DNA of 56,157 bases, the filler included, from Dugesia japonica (Eukaryota): assembly GCA_001938525.1 (NCBI GenBank). It is 5 parts of 5 records of this genome, joined end to end, with 100 filler letters (N's around TTAATTAATTAA, not from the genome) between each part and the next. Parts side by side here need not be neighbours in the genome. Positions count along the whole stretch, not along the records: positions 47,126 to 56,157 come from MQRL01589902.1; 4 more parts are not named here. The stretch is one strand, 5' to 3'. The position numbers were made by a program, and so were the translations under genes. The notes beneath the pieces are model-generated. The model did not search any database. It saw only the letters and a list, made by a program, of their open reading frames with translations, and was not told where the DNA came from. Positions 51,875 to 56,157 of the stretch are shown piece by piece (position 1 is the first letter of the stretch; the number at the start of each line of letters is the position of its first letter).

Positions 51875-52260
51875 CTAAGATATAAAGAGGATCAAATATG
51901 TTTGTTTATAGGAAATATTTTTCAACCACTATCAAAGCTAATCATAAGTAAAGTAAATAAATTTTGCTATAATAAAAATGAAATATAAATGTGAAATTTG
52001 GGATATTTATCAAATAGCAATAAAAGCAAAAACTAAGTTAAATATTTATCCATTTATTTTGAGTTTTCCATTTTCATTATTATGAAAAAACAATTCTGAA
52101 TTTATCTAATCGTTTCCTCCTAATTCCTCCCACAATACTATTTGAGTGGAAATAAAGAAATAGATATTAAAGAATGTAAAAAATATCATTCAACTTCATT
52201 GAATTAGATTCAAACGGTTTATATGATCATAAAGAGGACTTTCAATAAAGTAAAAACATT

Positions 52261-52418
52261 AAATTCGTTTTTAACACCAAAAAATTTTTTATTTCAAAAT
52301 AAATTTTTTAACAAGCAAAGATCAAAGAAACAATAGTTCCTGAAGAAGACTGTGCCAAAATATTGCTTGTTAAAAAAAATTTTTTTTAAATAAAAAAATT
52401 TTTGTTANAAACGAATTT
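52261..52418 (+). repeat. Palindrome (arms of about 58 bp) enclosing a degenerate hammerhead copy
   Basis: aaattcgttt...ttttttaacaagcaa / ttgcttgttaaaaaa...aaacgaattt surround ttcCTGAAGAagactgtgccaaaatattg. Confidence 0.6.
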
Positions 52419-54000
52419 ATTTATTGACAAAAAAATATTTAAGTTTTAAAAAAATTTTAAAATTAGATTTTTGAGTTTACTTTTTCAAATTTTAGTTAAA
52501 GATTTGAACCAAGTGTCGTCGACCATCATAGTCAAAAAAACATTATATATCAATAATGTATAAAAATAAAAATTATAAATCTTATATTTATTTTAATATA
52601 AATAATTGTGAACAATAAAATGCAAATGGAGCTTGATACAATATAATACAAATATGACAGTAAATAATATATGAACTGATGAATAAATATATAATTGTAA
52701 AACAATGTATTGTGAAGGCGGAATTAAGTGAAATGTAATATAAATAGAGATTATAAAGTCATGTAACTGGATATTAATTCTGATGAAGGTTTTATAAAAC
52801 GCTGGAATTAAAAATTTATAATAAAAATAAAATTTAACATTTTTTATTTGTTTTTATTTTATTCATCAAAAATTTTATTAAAATATAATTATTTGTCAAA
52901 AAACGCTTGATCCAAAGTTTTAGTAGGGGAAACCAACATGTTCAGAGTGTGTGTGGCATATATATTAACGCTTCAACAATAAACAATATATAAAATTTTT
53001 ATTTGATCGAAATCCAAAACTGTAATTTTGCAATCGATACAAAATTCAATAATTATTACAACCTATCTTTTGAAATTCGTCACAATTATTATAACGTCTG
53101 ATTCTGATTTCATAATAACAACTCTTTACAACAACTCCTTAAGATAGTTTGCAATCAATTTAATATTTATAGTAGATGGATACTTGCACATCTGGTCACC
53201 CCCCACCCTGACACCCTGAAAATAAGTGGCCTATAAATTTATCCAGTATATTATATAAAAGATGTGTTGGGAAAATAGTTAGCACACATGATTGCATCGT
53301 CATATATGTTACGTCATAATTACTTATTCGTTGAGGTTAATAATGGTAATTATACCATAATTGCATTATCTATTATGGAATCTCTCTGAAAACTTCATAT
53401 TTTCAGGGAAATCGGAAGTAAACCCCTTTTTCTTAAAAATAACTTTTTTTTTAAAAAAAATTTTAAAATAATTTTTGTTTTCCAAACATGAAAATTTTTA
53501 TGCCTGACAATTTCCTCAGAATCATTTTTGGAAACATTTATTTTTTCGAAAAAATGCTTTCTCAAATTTTATCATTAGAATATATTGATATATTCGAAAG
53601 AGAATTTTGTGCAGATTAAGAAAATCGCCAAACCTTATCTATGCGGAAATAAATTGAAAAAAGAAAAATTTTTAAAACCAAACAATTATACGCAAGATGT
53701 GTATGCACAAGGTACGTAAACAGTTAAAGTACTAGTTAATCTGTGTACTATTAATTTCATTGCGAACAATAGAAATTAGTTGCGCTTCTGGAAAAATTAA
53801 AATTAGATACTCCCCGGACAATATTAACGAAAAATATTAAATAAATAACAATGAATAATAAAAGAAACTGATTTCAAAATAATATTTATTTCAAAACAAT
53901 CTGTACTTTCTGATTATAATTGTTGAGTAAACTATTTAATAATAGATTTATTAAAATAAAGAAAAAGCTTCTATCAAAAATAATNGTATTTTTGTTGAAA

Positions 54001-54032
54001 TTCAAATTTTCGACAATTGTCTTCTTCAGGAA
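54001..54032 (-). ncRNA. Minimal type I hammerhead ribozyme motif (best-preserved copy)
   Basis: Minus strand TTC-CTGAAGA-A-GAC/AATT/GTC-GAAA-ATT-T-GAA: intact core, stem II, palindromic loopless stem III (AATT) and stem I TTC/GAA. The family tail follows to about 53880. Confidence 0.65.
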
Positions 54033-54939
54033 AATGATGACTTCTTGATAGTGTTGAGTTACAGACACACATAGATCACAGACACAAAACATATACACGC
54101 ATAACATGATAACAAACATAACCAGATCCTCAACAGTCGATCCTCAAAATCATCAGTCAGTTCTCAATGCACCCAGATCCAGACTATTATCGATTCGTTA
54201 TAATGGAACATTGTTGTGTGAACATTTTTATTTTAACAATTTAATTAAAATAATATTATTGATTTTATTAACAATATATCTAAAAATCACGATTTCTCGG
54301 ACTGATTAATAAGTGATCTTGAAAATATTATTTATGTAAATATTTTAGTGGTGACTTTTGAAAATCACGATTGATTTAATTTATTTATGTAAATGTAAAT
54401 ATTTTTATTTTTTTAAAAGTGCGTTAATTTGATTGGTTGATGGTATGTTTGCATGAGAGTTTTATCGTTTTGTTTTTTAAATTGTTTTTAATTTTACACT
54501 TTTAGGATCTTCATGAGAGTGAAATCAGTATATATACTGACTGATTCCACTCAATTTTTCGAGTAACTTTAATCAGTTAGAATCCAACCTCTCTAACTAG
54601 ATTTAAAATCTTGCGAATAAGGTGTTAAGAATATCAGTGACGTGTACGTTTATTGTATTATACATCAAAAATAAAAATTTTAAAGGTGATTATTTGGTTT
54701 ATTTATATAAGGGCAAACCTACATATATTACCATATTTATAATTTTCAATAAAGATATATCTTATATAATATTTGTANTAACACACAAGGGTAAAATCAA
54801 CACCCCTAAAATTCAAAGATANATTTTATTTTATAGTAAACCATAAAAAATTACTTTGTAGAGTTGAATACCCAGCAATAGATTCAAAAAGATAAAATAT
54901 CTTTGTAAGAAAATTCTTTATATTTTATCAAAATTTTAT

Positions 54940-55345
54940 TCTTAATTTCAGTCAATACTTTATTGACAAATTCACAGTGTTGCTCCTTTGTTTCGGTAAA
55001 TATGAGAATATCGTCTAGATAAACCATCGCTCCTTTTATTTTCCCGATTACTTTATTCATCATTTTCTGGAACGCACCTGGTGCTGCCGCAATTCCAAAA
55101 GGCATTCTATTGAAACAAAATTGACCTTGTTTAGTCGAAAAAGCCGTCTTCTCTTGAGAATCTTGACTGAGTTCCACTTGATAGTATGCATTTCCCAAGT
55201 CTATTGAGCTAAAATACTGTGTACATTCTTAAGCATCCAGCATTTCGTCCACATTCGGCATAAGAAAAGCATATATTTCTGTTATTGGATTGAGCTGTCT
55301 GAAGTCTAAGCATAATCGTATATCCTTTTTTTCTATCTCCACTGG
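54940..55345 (-). mobile_element. Ty3/Gypsy LTR-retrotransposon reverse transcriptase fragment (disrupted)
   Basis: IRLCLDFRQLN...YFSSIDLGNAYYQV...KTAFST..GQFCFNRMPFG...FQKMMNKV...VYLDDILIF. A frameshift/stop lies near 55230 and the fragment is truncated on both sides. Confidence 0.92.
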
Positions 55346-56074
55346 TCAGGGTAATTCCGTAAAACCACAGATGCTGAATCTCCAATGGATTCGGTATGAA
55401 ATTATTTCTTTAACGAACAATGAAATCCAGATTAAAGATGACTTAATCTAATATATTTATATGGACGAAAATGAACTGCAAAATCTGGCTAACCAACATT
55501 TATTCCAACAACTGACTACTGCAACCAATTGGTCCAGAGCTTGCCAACCATTGCAGGAAAAAATTCCAATGCTGGTAGTCGAGATATCTCAACTCAGGAG
55601 ACAAAACCTTGAATATGCTCGGAGGGATGAATCCCAGGGCATGCAGACCTGGAAGTTGAAAGTCGTAGTGGAATGGCTCTGAGAGAACAACAAGAACTTG
55701 ATTAGGCTTCAACGTGACGCACACTCAATTTCGTCATCAATTTTTTACCCAAAAAAAGGTGGAAAATTTTCGTTGATCTTTGCTCTGATGACGAACAATA
55801 AATGTGTGATAAGCTTTGAGCATGTTGTATAAAAGTTCATTTAAAATATGAAATCGGTATATATGAGTTAATATCGTTTGATTAAGGTGATGGATTCTGT
55901 CACCAAACGACAAAGGCCCCAAAAAAATTCAGATAGTACGTTCAAGTACTCTTCACAAAGAGTAATTGTCACAGGAGCTGCTATCAATGTACTCAAAAGA
56001 CGATTATATCAAATCCTCGTTTATGGGTCATGAAATGGTATATATCTTTACGAGTGATATCATCCATGAGGCCA

Positions 56075-56109
56075 ACATTATTATTTATTAATATTATTAA
56101 TATTATTAA

Positions 56110-56157
<48 letters not shown>
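56075..56157. repeat. (ATT)n microsatellite
   Basis: Direct inspection. Confidence 0.95.

Noticed and set aside
55461-55682. 73-aa helical ORF beside the Gypsy RT
   Set aside because: Opposite strand to the RT, flanked by in-frame stops in protein-like text, and no recognisable family. Left uncalled as probable debris.
1-56157. A functional cluster linking LENG8, CDO, NIPBL, the B-box gene and DNase II
   Set aside because: The genes sit on different concatenated contigs and have unrelated functions.

Overview
Very AT-rich, gappy eukaryotic (animal-type) genomic DNA, not prokaryotic. The window is five contigs (1-12409, 12510-22132, 22233-30760, 30861-47025, 47126-56157) joined by four identical artificial 100-nt spacers (N44-TTAATTAATTAA-N44), so neighbourhood across spacers is not biological. 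Manual GT-AG splicing recovers the 5' five exons of a LENG8/THP3-like gene (+), a Q/N-rich transcription-factor-like first exon (+), the 3' exon of a cysteine dioxygenase-like gene with Phe at the Tyr157 position (+), an SxIP-bearing low-complexity terminal exon (-), a three-exon RING-less B-box/coiled-coil gene (+) and the four 3' exons of a DNase II gene (-). There is also an intronless, frameshifted NIPBL/Scc2 pseudogene. Introns are either 36-53 nt or multi-kb and packed with transposons: mariner, pogo, hAT, piggyBac, MITEs with TSDs, a Gypsy RT and LINE relics. The most interesting non-coding signal is a dispersed repeat family (about 7 copies) carrying a minimal type I hammerhead ribozyme of the Penelope-like-element kind. 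It has a conserved downstream hairpin and recurrent head-to-head palindromic arrangements. All homology calls come from my recollection of family motifs; no search was run. The organism is not identified; tiny introns and low GC would fit a compact-genome invertebrate such as an orthonectid, which is only an inference.
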